Positions 28,843 to 38,075 are shown, numbered from the stretch's first letter. The stretch: 40,545 nt of DNA from a virus (IMGVR_UViG_3300006105_000042:1-40545), one strand, 5' to 3'. Made by a program: numbers and translations. Notes: a model not told the origin generated them from the letters alone.

Positions 28843-30000
28843 TCATTTATTACGATTCTTAAACTCTTCTTCAGAAGCCATTCTTCTCAGGTCAATATTC
28901 TTACTCATAATTTCATGGATAGTACTAGCAAGACCATGAGTAAAGCCTGGGACGCGAGGATTTACATCTTCTTTAGCATCCTTCTTGTCAGACTTCTTAT
29001 CGTTGTCTTTCTTCTCAGCCTTCTTATCCATTTCTTTATCTTCATCCGAAGCTTCCCATTCATCATGAGACATTCCGGTTTTCTTTTCCATCTTCTTATC
29101 TTCTTTGTCGTCTTCCTCAGAATCTTCATACTTTTCATGCATCTTCTTGCCTTGACGAAGCTTAGCTAAATCGCCAGCATCAATCTTATCTGCAGGAGGA
29201 GACATGGCAGCAATCTTCTTTTGCTTTGGAGAAAGTTCTGCTTCTTCCTTGGTTGGACGTGGCAGATCGCTGAAGCTATAATTCTTCAGGAAGTGATGTA
29301 CATCCTTTGTTTTACCATGGAAGCCATGATGAATATCACCAGTACCAGCATGTACTAATACGTGCTCATCAGTACCTGGCTTATTATGAAGGTGGAACAT
29401 CTCGCCGGTATGATCCTTATGCGAGCTGATCTTATTCCAGCCATGCATGTCAACGGCTTCACCAAAGATTTCAACTTCTTCTTTTGAGTATTGACGTGTT
29501 GCTGGATCATATGTTGCACCACGAGCAAGCGAGATCTTCTTTGGACCAGCTGGCTCATCGCCTTTACCAGTCTTCATAGCATCATAGAAATGAGCCTTGC
29601 TCTTACCGAGCTTTGCAAGATATCTACGCTTTGCTTCTGGCTTTTGATTATGCTCGTTATCAAAATGAAGCAGAGCTTTATGTGCTTCAGCGCGACGAAC
29701 GTGATGAACTTCACCAGAAGCAAATCTTACCTTTGCACCTTCTGGATTATCAGCAGCATGACCTAACTGCTGAGTAATACCACGTGGTTCTGCCTTTTCA
29801 GCTTCTGAATCACCTGCACGACGCTTAGGAATACCTGTTGTACCCTTTGGACGACCACGACCACGCTTTACTGGAGCTTCATCTTCTTCAAGAGTTTCTT
29901 CATCGAGAATTGCAAGAACATCGATGTCCTTATATTTTTCAGCAAATTCTTCTGTGCTAAGTGTTTCGATGTCTACAACAATTTCTTCTTTAGTGATCAT
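28843..30000 (-). CDS. Probable head-internal polyprotein with an AT-hook
   Basis: Acidic leader ending LDEETLEE, AT-hook KRGRGRPKG and basic modules separated by xEE sites; AATAAATA box at 30024-30031. Confidence 0.6.
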   Translation of the reverse strand: MITKEEIVVDIETLSTEEFAEKYKDIDVLAILDEETLEEDEAPVKRGRGRPKGTTGIPKRRAGDSEAEKAEPRGITQQLGHAADNPEGAKVRFASGEVHHVRRAEAHKALLHFDNEHNQKPEAKRRYLAKLGKSKAHFYDAMKTGKGDEPAGPKKISLARGATYDPATRQYSKEEVEIFGEAVDMHGWNKISSHKDHTGEMFHLHNKPGTDEHVLVHAGTGDIHHGFHGKTKDVHHFLKNYSFSDLPRPTKEEAELSPKQKKIAAMSPPADKIDAGDLAKLRQGKKMHEKYEDSEEDDKEDKKMEKKTGMSHDEWEASDEDKEMDKKAEKKDNDKKSDKKDAKEDVNPRVPGFTHGLASTIHEIMSKNIDLRRMASEEEFKNRNK

Positions 30001-30026
30001 TTTAAGCTCCTAAAATTTATTATTAT

Positions 30027-30476
30027 TTATTTATTAGATGATTTTAACATCCATTGATGTTTCATATGCTTGTCTAAACGATCTTGTAAAAAGTTTTCTA
30101 CACCGCGTTCATTTGCAGTAGATGCTTCTTTTAAAGCTCGTTTAATTGATGCCATAACTATATCATTATTACTGATAAGCGCATTAAGCATTTCTTTGAT
30201 ATCAAGAACCTTTTCTGTTTCTTCTAACTCAGATAAATCCATGAAACGCTTTATTGTACCTGGAGCATAAGCACCTAATGCGCGGATATGCTCTGCAATA
30301 TTATCAACAGAGTCATGCACTTCTTCATATAGCTCTTGAAAGAACTTATGATATTGATAAAAGTCTTGACCTTCTACATTCCAATGAAAGTAGTGAAGAT
30401 TCAAATAAAAGCAAAATGCATTTGCTTCAAAGACTTTCATTTCATCGATTAAATTACTCAAGTTCTGCATCTCCAA
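30027..30476 (-). CDS. dps: Dps family DNA-protection/mini-ferritin protein
   Basis: HWNVEG-x-DF...HKFFQELY...D-x-IAEHIRALG ferroxidase signature and a C-terminal K-x-x-WML. Confidence 0.92.
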   Translation of the reverse strand: MEMQNLSNLIDEMKVFEANAFCFYLNLHYFHWNVEGQDFYQYHKFFQELYEEVHDSVDNIAEHIRALGAYAPGTIKRFMDLSELEETEKVLDIKEMLNALISNNDIVMASIKRALKEASTANERGVENFLQDRLDKHMKHQWMLKSSNK

Positions 30477-31714
30477 CGGCGAAGTGACATGGCCTTACGA
30501 GTTGGTCTACCCTTTTCATCCTTCATAGGACCTGGCATTCCACTCATTCTAGCACAGAAAGATCTACGACGAGCAGCTCTCTTACCCTTAGGATTCTTTT
30601 CAGTTACTGCTGTCGAAAGCTTTGAGCCTGGATTTTGTCTACGGAAGTGAGCAGCACCTTTAGCAGTCAGACCTGCACCAGCTTCAGTAGATCTGAAGTA
30701 CCCCTTTGAATCTGCACCGCGTTCAGTAAGTGTTTCTTCCATTGCAGGAGCTGGTTTATTATTGATAGGCATTGCTGGCTTACTATAGAACTTTAACTTT
30801 GCTGGCTTTGGCTTATTGCGCTTTGTACTATCACCACGATCAGCAGCTGCATAGAATTGAGGAGATAGTTCATCAATCTGTTCGGCAGATTCTTCCATCT
30901 TCTTAGCACGGGCTTTAGCAAGAGCAGCCTTGAAAGCATCAGCACTATTGACTTTCTTGAATGCTACTTTCTTACCTGGATCTTTTTCAACAGGTTTGAT
31001 TCCTCTGTGACCCATACGAATGCTTTCATATACCTTAGGACCGGGTACACCATTTTTAGTGACTTGAGTATAGGTACCCTTTTCATCTTTATCTCTAATA
31101 GTTGATGTAACACCACCAGCCTTAGATTGATCTATCATCTTTTGTGTAGCTTTTAAATACCCCTGAGAGAATGGACCTTCAGATACTATTTCTTCTTTAA
31201 CTTTACTAGCCATATAATCAGAAGCAGCATCAAGCATACCAGAACCCTTGGTAATTTTAGCTTGAAGCCATGCAGGCAATTGAGTATTCTTACTCATTTT
31301 ACCTTTAAGAGTTTTGGCAGCACGTTCAGCAGTTGAAAGTTGATTTGCTGCCATTTCACCTTCAGCATCAACTTCTTCTTGAGCTGCCTTAAAGTTTGCA
31401 GCAGTAGGAGCACCCTTGGAACCCGGCTTACGCATATGCTCTCCAGATCCATGCTTAATGCGCGCTCGCTTTGCATGAATGTTATCCCAGAGTCCACGCT
31501 TTTCTTGTAACTCTTTGAAAGTAAGCAGTTTATTTTCTTCGTCCATCGGGTTCTCCACTTTATAGTCTTTTATTGCTTTTTTTGATTTACGTCGAATTTG
31601 GATAGAAGGAACAGCAGAAGCGATTTGACTTGAGTCAAAAGCAGAAGGTTTTTCATCAGATGTTCCCAGGGATGGTTCATTAAACATTCCTAACTCGTTA
31701 AGGGGTTTAGGCAT
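30458..31714 (-). CDS. Probable head-internal polyprotein of short basic modules
   Basis: Modules GLWDNIHAKR..., EGEMAANQL...WLQAKIT and RRRSFCARMSGM...SLRRWRC, each preceded by a hydrophobic-x-E site. Confidence 0.65.
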   Translation of the reverse strand: MPKPLNELGMFNEPSLGTSDEKPSAFDSSQIASAVPSIQIRRKSKKAIKDYKVENPMDEENKLLTFKELQEKRGLWDNIHAKRARIKHGSGEHMRKPGSKGAPTAANFKAAQEEVDAEGEMAANQLSTAERAAKTLKGKMSKNTQLPAWLQAKITKGSGMLDAASDYMASKVKEEIVSEGPFSQGYLKATQKMIDQSKAGGVTSTIRDKDEKGTYTQVTKNGVPGPKVYESIRMGHRGIKPVEKDPGKKVAFKKVNSADAFKAALAKARAKKMEESAEQIDELSPQFYAAADRGDSTKRNKPKPAKLKFYSKPAMPINNKPAPAMEETLTERGADSKGYFRSTEAGAGLTAKGAAHFRRQNPGSKLSTAVTEKNPKGKRAARRRSFCARMSGMPGPMKDEKGRPTRKAMSLRRWRCRT

Positions 31715-32972
31715 TTCCTACCTTCTCTGGTTTACCATTACTACGGTTTAACATTAATGACACAGGGCCTTTTAATTTTCTCACTGTAGGTACATTTGGT
31801 CCAAGATCTTGTTGTGATCCTTGCATAGTAATAGATGAACCTGGATCATACCCATCTTCAACAAACGTTTTAAAGCGTTTAATTCCTTGACGACGCGGTA
31901 ATTGATTATCAACATCTTTATCATTAAGATCTTTATCACAGCCAATATCAAAAGCCTTTTTACCTGGAGCCATGTTATCACGCTTATAACGAATTATAAA
32001 CTGACGCTCTTCATATGGATTTTGTGCCATACTTGCTGGCATATACTTTGGAGCAACTGGCGTTTTAGTTGGCTTTACATCATATTTAACTGGCTTAGCA
32101 GTTCTACGTCCATGTTGATCTTCACGGCGGGCAGCTTGAATATCTGCTTTAGCTTTAGCAGCAAAGTCTTTAGTACGTTGTTCTGCTTCAGGCGAAAGAC
32201 CGCTTTTAACTTTTGTTGTAGCTGGTGCATAATGAACAAAAGCTTCATGAATACCCATATGATGACGGACAGCATGGAATAAAGCTCGTGAATCTTCATG
32301 TGAAGTTCCTGCTGGCATATTACCATGGAAGCCTTTAAAATTATTATTTTGTGCATGCTCACGTTGCTTTGAAGCAGATGCGCCTGTAACGTCTTCAGCA
32401 TCAGGATCTCTTTGTCCAGCTGAGATTACATTAAGATGTGGAATATGATAATGCTTATTAGGATCAAAATCAGGATCAGATGGGTGCTTATTATATTTGT
32501 GAAGTAGATTATGGAATTCATCTACACGATCTTGACCAACAACAAATGTAGCATGTGTTGTACCAGTTCTACTTAAATGCTTAACAGCATCTAAAGCAGT
32601 CTTTATTGGATGTTCTGAACTATCATGAATATTTGTATTAGGAAAAATCTTCTTCATAAATCCAACTTTCTCATCATGCGGAAGTGGATTTTTAGATCTA
32701 TCATGTGAATGAGAAGTAAAAATCATATGATCTGCTCCATGTTGAGCAGCAACGTCTTTTACTTTATTGATTAATTTTTCATGACCAGCATGTGGAGGAT
32801 TAAATCTACCAAATGTGAATACAGTATGTTTTTCTTTAGGCTGAGCTTCTTCTTTAATTCCACGAGTAAATGGATTAATTTCAATATCATCTAACTCAGA
32901 ACCTAACATGGACTTCTTTCCACCTTTAGATAACTGTAGTTTTATTTTGATACGATCTACTAAGCTGCCCAT
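31707..32972 (-). CDS. HxGH nucleotidyltransferase (cytidylyltransferase-like) with low-complexity extensions
   Basis: VFTFGRFNPPHAGH, VVGQDR, SAGQRDPD and SASKQR motifs. Confidence 0.88.
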   Translation of the reverse strand: MGSLVDRIKIKLQLSKGGKKSMLGSELDDIEINPFTRGIKEEAQPKEKHTVFTFGRFNPPHAGHEKLINKVKDVAAQHGADHMIFTSHSHDRSKNPLPHDEKVGFMKKIFPNTNIHDSSEHPIKTALDAVKHLSRTGTTHATFVVGQDRVDEFHNLLHKYNKHPSDPDFDPNKHYHIPHLNVISAGQRDPDAEDVTGASASKQREHAQNNNFKGFHGNMPAGTSHEDSRALFHAVRHHMGIHEAFVHYAPATTKVKSGLSPEAEQRTKDFAAKAKADIQAARREDQHGRRTAKPVKYDVKPTKTPVAPKYMPASMAQNPYEERQFIIRYKRDNMAPGKKAFDIGCDKDLNDKDVDNQLPRRQGIKRFKTFVEDGYDPGSSITMQGSQQDLGPNVPTVRKLKGPVSLMLNRSNGKPEKVGNA

Positions 32973-33000
32973 GGAATATTCCTAAGATTAATTCATACTA

Positions 33001-33008
33001 TATTTATA
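33001..33008 (-). promoter_or_regulatory. T4-type late promoter
   Basis: Exact TATAAATA overlapping the upstream stop, 28 bp before the nucleotidyltransferase ATG. Confidence 0.8.
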
Positions 33009-35193
33009 ATTGTTCAATTATATTCCATGTTGCTACTAATCCTGCAGCTGAACCTCCAGCAGCTACTTGCTGTACTGCTAAAGTTAATGTTGCCGGATTT
33101 CCATTTATATCTGATCCTAGATTATATGTTGTTGGCAAAGCTTGAAATGAAGATGCTCCAGTTCCAGATTGAGTAATGCCTGAGAATATTTGAAGACCTC
33201 CTGATACAGTAGCTGTATTTGGCCAGGCCCAATATTGAGAAGATCTACCACAATTTGCACTAATAGTTGTATTAGAATATACTGGAATACCATTTACATT
33301 TGCATTATACAAAAGTACATATAAGAATGTTCCGGGACTACTATTTTTTCCTTGGTTATTAATATCAGCTAATAAAAGTTGTTCTGGAGATATATCACTG
33401 AATACATATGGTTCTCCAGAACGAAGACCGATAGATAGAATTGGTGTCAATGTAGTATTTGGAGTATATGGTGTAATATTATATGCTGTGGTTGGTGAAG
33501 GATTAAATACTGCTGGAGCTTCTGATTGAAAAGAAATACCAGACATTCCAAATGTTGGTGTTGATGTTTGCGAAGATGAATTAAAGATTTCACGGCGCAA
33601 TGGCAAAGAATTATTTGTAATAAATGTAGTATTAACAGTACCAGTATAACTTTGAACATGGCAAATTTGTGGACCAAGTGGAGTACCCATACCAAAACGA
33701 ATACGTCCCGTTCTACCGCCAATAAAGTCAAACCAAAAAGTATAATATTTGTTTAATCCTGCACTGAAAATATTAAATCCAGATGGTCCTGTACCATCTA
33801 ATTTATCAACACTAAATGCATTTGCATAAGTTCTATCTTCGATAACATTACCATTTGCTTGTCTTCTTCTTACAACGACGGCTAATGTATTTGCAGAAAC
33901 ACCACCTTGTTCCCAAAATATTCCATTTGTATTACTAAACATTCCAGTACGGCGAGTAACACCAGATTCTGTAGTATTAGCTGTAAAGTTTACTGTAGTA
34001 TAAACTGTATGTGATGTTCCTGGAATAATCTTAAATTTTTCATAAGTTTGTCTTGCCACAGATCCAATTGCACTCAGTCCACTTTGTAAAATAATTTCAT
34101 TTGTATTAGAAACAAAAGTACTATTTGCAGCAGTGCCCGCCAGTGTTTGTGACCATCTAAAATTTGTGTCATCATCAATAACTGGAACATACCAATTTTG
34201 ATTTAATGTAGTTGAAGTTCTAACTTTACTAAGTGCATCTAATGACCAAGTTGGAGCAAATTGTGTATATACATAGTTGCTAGTATTTGAAAGAACTTGA
34301 ACATTCTGTGTAGCTGGAAAACTATTTACTGATATAGTACCAGAAGAAATTGTCACTGATTGATTAGAAAAAGAAACATTCTGTGTAACTGGATAATTGC
34401 CAATATTAATATTTCCACCAGAAACTGTAATGGATTGATTAGAGAAAGCTACATTTTGCGTGGTTGGAAATGTTACATTTACATTTTGAGTCGTTGGAAA
34501 ATTATTTACTGATACAGTAACAGTATTTGTAATTCCAGCAATATTTCCAGAAACTGTTACTGACTGATTAGCAAAAGATACATTTTGTGTAACTGTAAAA
34601 TTGCTAACATTTAAAGTTCCACCAGAAACAGTTATTGTTTGATTAGAGAATGAAACATTTTGTGTAACTGGGAAATTGCTAACATTTAAAGTTCCACCAG
34701 AAACAGTTATTGTTTGATTAGAGAATGAAACATTCTGAGTAGTTGGAAGATTATTTACACTTACTGTTCCTGAAGAAATAGTAACTGATTGATTAGAGAA
34801 TGAAACGTTTTGTGTTCCAGGAAGATTATTGACACTAATATAACCATTAGCAACTGTAACAGACTGATTACTAAATGAAACATTCTGTGTAAGTGGATAA
34901 TTCCCAATATTAATATTTCCACCGTTTACATATACAGAACTATTTGCAATTGGTTTAACATCTAATGGTGCAGCATTTGTAATAGGCGTACCATTGCTGT
35001 GAATTATTCCAACATTGCCGACAGTAACACTAATTGGGCCAGAAATAGAAACTGTTCCACCAGCTACAAGATTAATTGGAAGAGGATTAGTGTTTGAAAT
35101 AACATTACCATCTTCAGATGCAATCATATTTACATCAAAAATACTTTTATTAGATGCTATAAAAGCATTATTTGAAAGTGTAAACTGTGCCAT
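33004..35193 (-). CDS. Virion structural protein with a 25-aa repeat stalk and a beta-rich C-terminal domain
   Basis: About nine N(F/L/Y)P-x-TQNVSFSNQ(S/T)VTVSGG repeats followed by a globular, lectin-like beta domain. Confidence 0.65.
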   Translation of the reverse strand: MAQFTLSNNAFIASNKSIFDVNMIASEDGNVISNTNPLPINLVAGGTVSISGPISVTVGNVGIIHSNGTPITNAAPLDVKPIANSSVYVNGGNINIGNYPLTQNVSFSNQSVTVANGYISVNNLPGTQNVSFSNQSVTISSGTVSVNNLPTTQNVSFSNQTITVSGGTLNVSNFPVTQNVSFSNQTITVSGGTLNVSNFTVTQNVSFANQSVTVSGNIAGITNTVTVSVNNFPTTQNVNVTFPTTQNVAFSNQSITVSGGNINIGNYPVTQNVSFSNQSVTISSGTISVNSFPATQNVQVLSNTSNYVYTQFAPTWSLDALSKVRTSTTLNQNWYVPVIDDDTNFRWSQTLAGTAANSTFVSNTNEIILQSGLSAIGSVARQTYEKFKIIPGTSHTVYTTVNFTANTTESGVTRRTGMFSNTNGIFWEQGGVSANTLAVVVRRRQANGNVIEDRTYANAFSVDKLDGTGPSGFNIFSAGLNKYYTFWFDFIGGRTGRIRFGMGTPLGPQICHVQSYTGTVNTTFITNNSLPLRREIFNSSSQTSTPTFGMSGISFQSEAPAVFNPSPTTAYNITPYTPNTTLTPILSIGLRSGEPYVFSDISPEQLLLADINNQGKNSSPGTFLYVLLYNANVNGIPVYSNTTISANCGRSSQYWAWPNTATVSGGLQIFSGITQSGTGASSFQALPTTYNLGSDINGNPATLTLAVQQVAAGGSAAGLVATWNIIEQL
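34300..34925. repeat. 75-bp coding tandem repeats
   Basis: 34601-34659 is identical to 34676-34734; further degenerate copies lie on both sides. Confidence 0.9.
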
Positions 35194-35196
35194 AAA

Positions 35197-36363
35197 CTAT
35201 CCTCTGGGTTCAAAGTTTGCTCGTGAGAATTCTGCACGATCGACGAATTTGGTGGGTCTATTATTTCTTACAACAACAAAACCTTCAGGCTTCGTCTTCT
35301 TACCTTTTATATGATTTTCAAATGTTGAATGAGATGATAGAGCATTGGTTAATACATCTTTTGCTTTTTGTAGATGATGATGTATTGCAAGAACATTGTT
35401 GAAATGATTTTTATTGTGTTCAACATCCATAATTTTAGAATTATACATTTCACGTTTAGCATCTTGTGCTTTAGGAGTCTTTACACTTGCAACACTTTTA
35501 TCTCGCTGATCTGCTAAAAAGCCTTTGAAGCCTTCGTGATCTGGTGTCGTACCTTTACGGACTGTGCTATTGATGTATGTTTTAAGTAAAAGCCTATGAG
35601 GCTCAATAGCAGCATGGGCATCAGGGTGAGTTCTAGAAAATACATCAGATGCTGCCTCTAAATGTTTCTTAAATTGTGATTGTTGTCTTGGTGAATATTT
35701 GACTTTCTTTAAGTCATGATGAGAAGAAATTACATGTACATCTGGATGCTCATTAAAGTCTTTCATATCTGGTGCATATTCAGCTTTCATATCTTCAAGA
35801 CTTGGACCACCACGATAAGCAGTATGTGGTACTACACCAATCTTAGAGTTTAAAGCTTTATGTCCTTCTTTTGAATTTGCATCTGTAGAATATTCAATGG
35901 TATTGGGTGTAAATGAAACCTTACCTTTATTATACTTTACATCATCAGGTGTATGCATAATATCACCTTGATAGACTCCTTGTTTAGGAGTAACTTTAGG
36001 AAGATGCTCAAGGGCTGCCTTAAGTTTCTTAACTAATCCAGGTGCATGGCCATGGTTAGCTTCTACATCTTCAGGTGTATAATTGATTTTTGGATTCTTA
36101 TTAAAAGCTGACTTTGAAGCTACAAAGAATTTACCATTCTCTGGATGATGACCAAAGACTACAGAAGGTGAACCATCATATTTCATGGTTACCCGAGTAT
36201 CATTATTTTTTCCAGAAAGCTTATTATGAACATCCATAAGATTATTATAGGCGTGAGTAAAACCTTCACCGCCTGAATTAATTACATGATCTTCTGCGTG
36301 TTCTAGATGTGTAAGCTTATCCTCATTGGATTCCATAGATTCCGCTAGATATAGTCTTTCCAT
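35197..36363 (-). CDS. RNA-ligase-like nucleotidyltransferase (DUF6267-like)
   Basis: THLEHAED N-terminus; ligase motifs I KYDGSP, III YQGDIM, IV EGFVV and V TKFVDR. ATG 36363 follows GGAG. Confidence 0.7.
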   Translation of the reverse strand: MERLYLAESMESNEDKLTHLEHAEDHVINSGGEGFTHAYNNLMDVHNKLSGKNNDTRVTMKYDGSPSVVFGHHPENGKFFVASKSAFNKNPKINYTPEDVEANHGHAPGLVKKLKAALEHLPKVTPKQGVYQGDIMHTPDDVKYNKGKVSFTPNTIEYSTDANSKEGHKALNSKIGVVPHTAYRGGPSLEDMKAEYAPDMKDFNEHPDVHVISSHHDLKKVKYSPRQQSQFKKHLEAASDVFSRTHPDAHAAIEPHRLLLKTYINSTVRKGTTPDHEGFKGFLADQRDKSVASVKTPKAQDAKREMYNSKIMDVEHNKNHFNNVLAIHHHLQKAKDVLTNALSSHSTFENHIKGKKTKPEGFVVVRNNRPTKFVDRAEFSRANFEPRG

Positions 36364-36388
36364 TATAAGCTCCAAATTAATATATAGT

Positions 36389-36396
36389 TATTTATC
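36389..36396 (-). promoter_or_regulatory. Late promoter variant
   Basis: GATAAATA overlapping the upstream stop codon. Confidence 0.6.
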
Positions 36397-37459
36397 GTAA
36401 TCTAACCTTAATATCATTTGGATATTCGCCGCCTTTTGTATTGCGGACTTCTATCATATATTTTTTTGTACTATTTTCGCATTCTATTGTAATAGTTTTT
36501 GTGTTTATTCCAGGATATCTAATATTTGTAACTTTAATTCCAGATGTTAATTTATTTAAGTAATTTGAATCTATCCAATGGACTTCCCAACCATTAGTCT
36601 TTTCTCTAACGTAAAAATAGTTCATTCCCCAAATTTGTTTAAAGAGTTCTTTAATTTTAGAAGTGTCTGAAGGAATACCATTGCTTCCTGGAAGTCCTAA
36701 TCTAGGTGTAGTAATTTTATTTCTTAAATCAAATCCAGCTTGTACTCGGTTTAAGTCTACACCAAACATTAATAAAAATTGTGAACCCTTTGATTGTGGA
36801 TCAAGGGTCCCTTCATTATTAAAAATAGTAGATCCACCTGGTAAACCATTAGCAATAGTAGCACCATCTTTATTCTTTAGAGATACATACCATCTTTTAT
36901 TTGTGCTATCTGTTAATATGATATCACCAATAACTTCACCTAATCTTTCTAAAGGTATACCTTGTTTAGCAGTAGAGCCTTTACGCTGCTCAACGCGTAT
37001 AATTTCTGTTGATGCAAAATCTTTATTTTCTGAATTCATTAATTCTATTAATTGAGCCATTTTTGGATCAAATCTGCTTTTGGAAAATGCTTTTTGATAT
37101 GCATCAACCATTATCTGCTCAAACTTTTCACCCTTATTGGCGCCTTGAGCTATAACTAAATCCATTTTTGTTGAATCTAATTCTAAAGTATAGCTAGAAA
37201 ACTTTGAACTATTTGGTGAAAGCTTATTGAATTGAACTCGTCCTTTTGGATAAGCTTTCTTTAAAACACCTGAAAACTTATCAATTAAGTCCTTTGAAGT
37301 ATTTCTTTGCTTATCAATTAGCTGAAGTCTAAATTCTCTAGTATTATTCTTTCCAGGCTTACCAGCTGGAGAAGTATCTGCTACTTTATAATTATATGGC
37401 TTCAGTAATTTATTGAGCTGTTCACCGAAAGCCTTAAATTCTTGAGTAGATTTAGCCAT
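36392..37459 (-). CDS. Putative PD-(D/E)XK-like nuclease
   Basis: NKGEKFE...IGDIIL...YVSLK arrangement; basic protein. Confidence 0.5.
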   Translation of the reverse strand: MAKSTQEFKAFGEQLNKLLKPYNYKVADTSPAGKPGKNNTREFRLQLIDKQRNTSKDLIDKFSGVLKKAYPKGRVQFNKLSPNSSKFSSYTLELDSTKMDLVIAQGANKGEKFEQIMVDAYQKAFSKSRFDPKMAQLIELMNSENKDFASTEIIRVEQRKGSTAKQGIPLERLGEVIGDIILTDSTNKRWYVSLKNKDGATIANGLPGGSTIFNNEGTLDPQSKGSQFLLMFGVDLNRVQAGFDLRNKITTPRLGLPGSNGIPSDTSKIKELFKQIWGMNYFYVREKTNGWEVHWIDSNYLNKLTSGIKVTNIRYPGINTKTITIECENSTKKYMIEVRNTKGGEYPNDIKVRLR

Positions 37460-37461
37460 GA

Positions 37462-37486
37462 AAATATCCTCTTTCGGATATTTATA
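37462..37486 (-). promoter_or_regulatory. Late promoter overlapping an SD-sequestering hairpin
   Basis: The - strand reads TATAAATATCC-GAAAGA-GGATATTT-TC-ATG: an 8-bp stem with TATAAATA at 37479-37486. Confidence 0.8.
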
Positions 37487-37489
37487 TTA

Positions 37490-38020
37490 TTAGATCCACG
37501 GCGGTGGTTCACGCATCTTCCATGAGTGCATACGGGCCTTACCGACCTTGTAATAGTTACGATAGTTCTCAACAGCATCCTTAGAAACAATATATTCAGG
37601 AGCCATTGCAGGAGGCGGTTCAGTAAAATCCCATTCCTTAAGATTGAAAGGAGGTGACTGCATATAATAACCTAGCTCATAGCACTTATGAGTTTTACCA
37701 TATCGGTATGTATATTCTTGATTAAGAGCAAAGAAATGATCGACAAGCCACTGATAGTTGGATACAGACTGACGAATCCATACTGCAGATGGATGATTGA
37801 TATGTGTAGCATAATACATAATTTCATCACGAGCATCATTAAGACGCCAGCGCTTGATACGACGACCTGCAGGAGATAGATCAATATACTCATCCCCGTC
37901 AAGTACACGATGAGCTGTACACAGAAGCTGTGCAGATTCTAGAATCATTTTTACAACATGCTTATCAACCATCCATTGAGCAGCTTGTGTAGGATCGCGG
38001 TCAATATAGAAAATATTAAT
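37490..38020 (-). CDS. Pyrimidine-dimer DNA glycosylase family protein (probable ATT start)
   Basis: NIFY-x-D-x-DP...DKHVVKMILESAQLL-x-TAH, TH-x-NHPSAVW, EYTYRYGKTH and YRNYY motifs. Confidence 0.8.
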   Translation of the reverse strand: MNIFYIDRDPTQAAQWMVDKHVVKMILESAQLLCTAHRVLDGDEYIDLSPAGRRIKRWRLNDARDEIMYYATHINHPSAVWIRQSVSNYQWLVDHFFALNQEYTYRYGKTHKCYELGYYMQSPPFNLKEWDFTEPPPAMAPEYIVSKDAVENYRNYYKVGKARMHSWKMREPPPWI

Positions 38021-38046
38021 GGTAGCCTCCATAATGTTATAAAACT

Positions 38047-38075
38047 ATAATACAAAATTTATATAAAAATGTCAA
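38047..38075 (-). promoter_or_regulatory. Early (sigma70-type) promoter
   Basis: TTGACA-17 bp-TATTAT. Confidence 0.75.
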
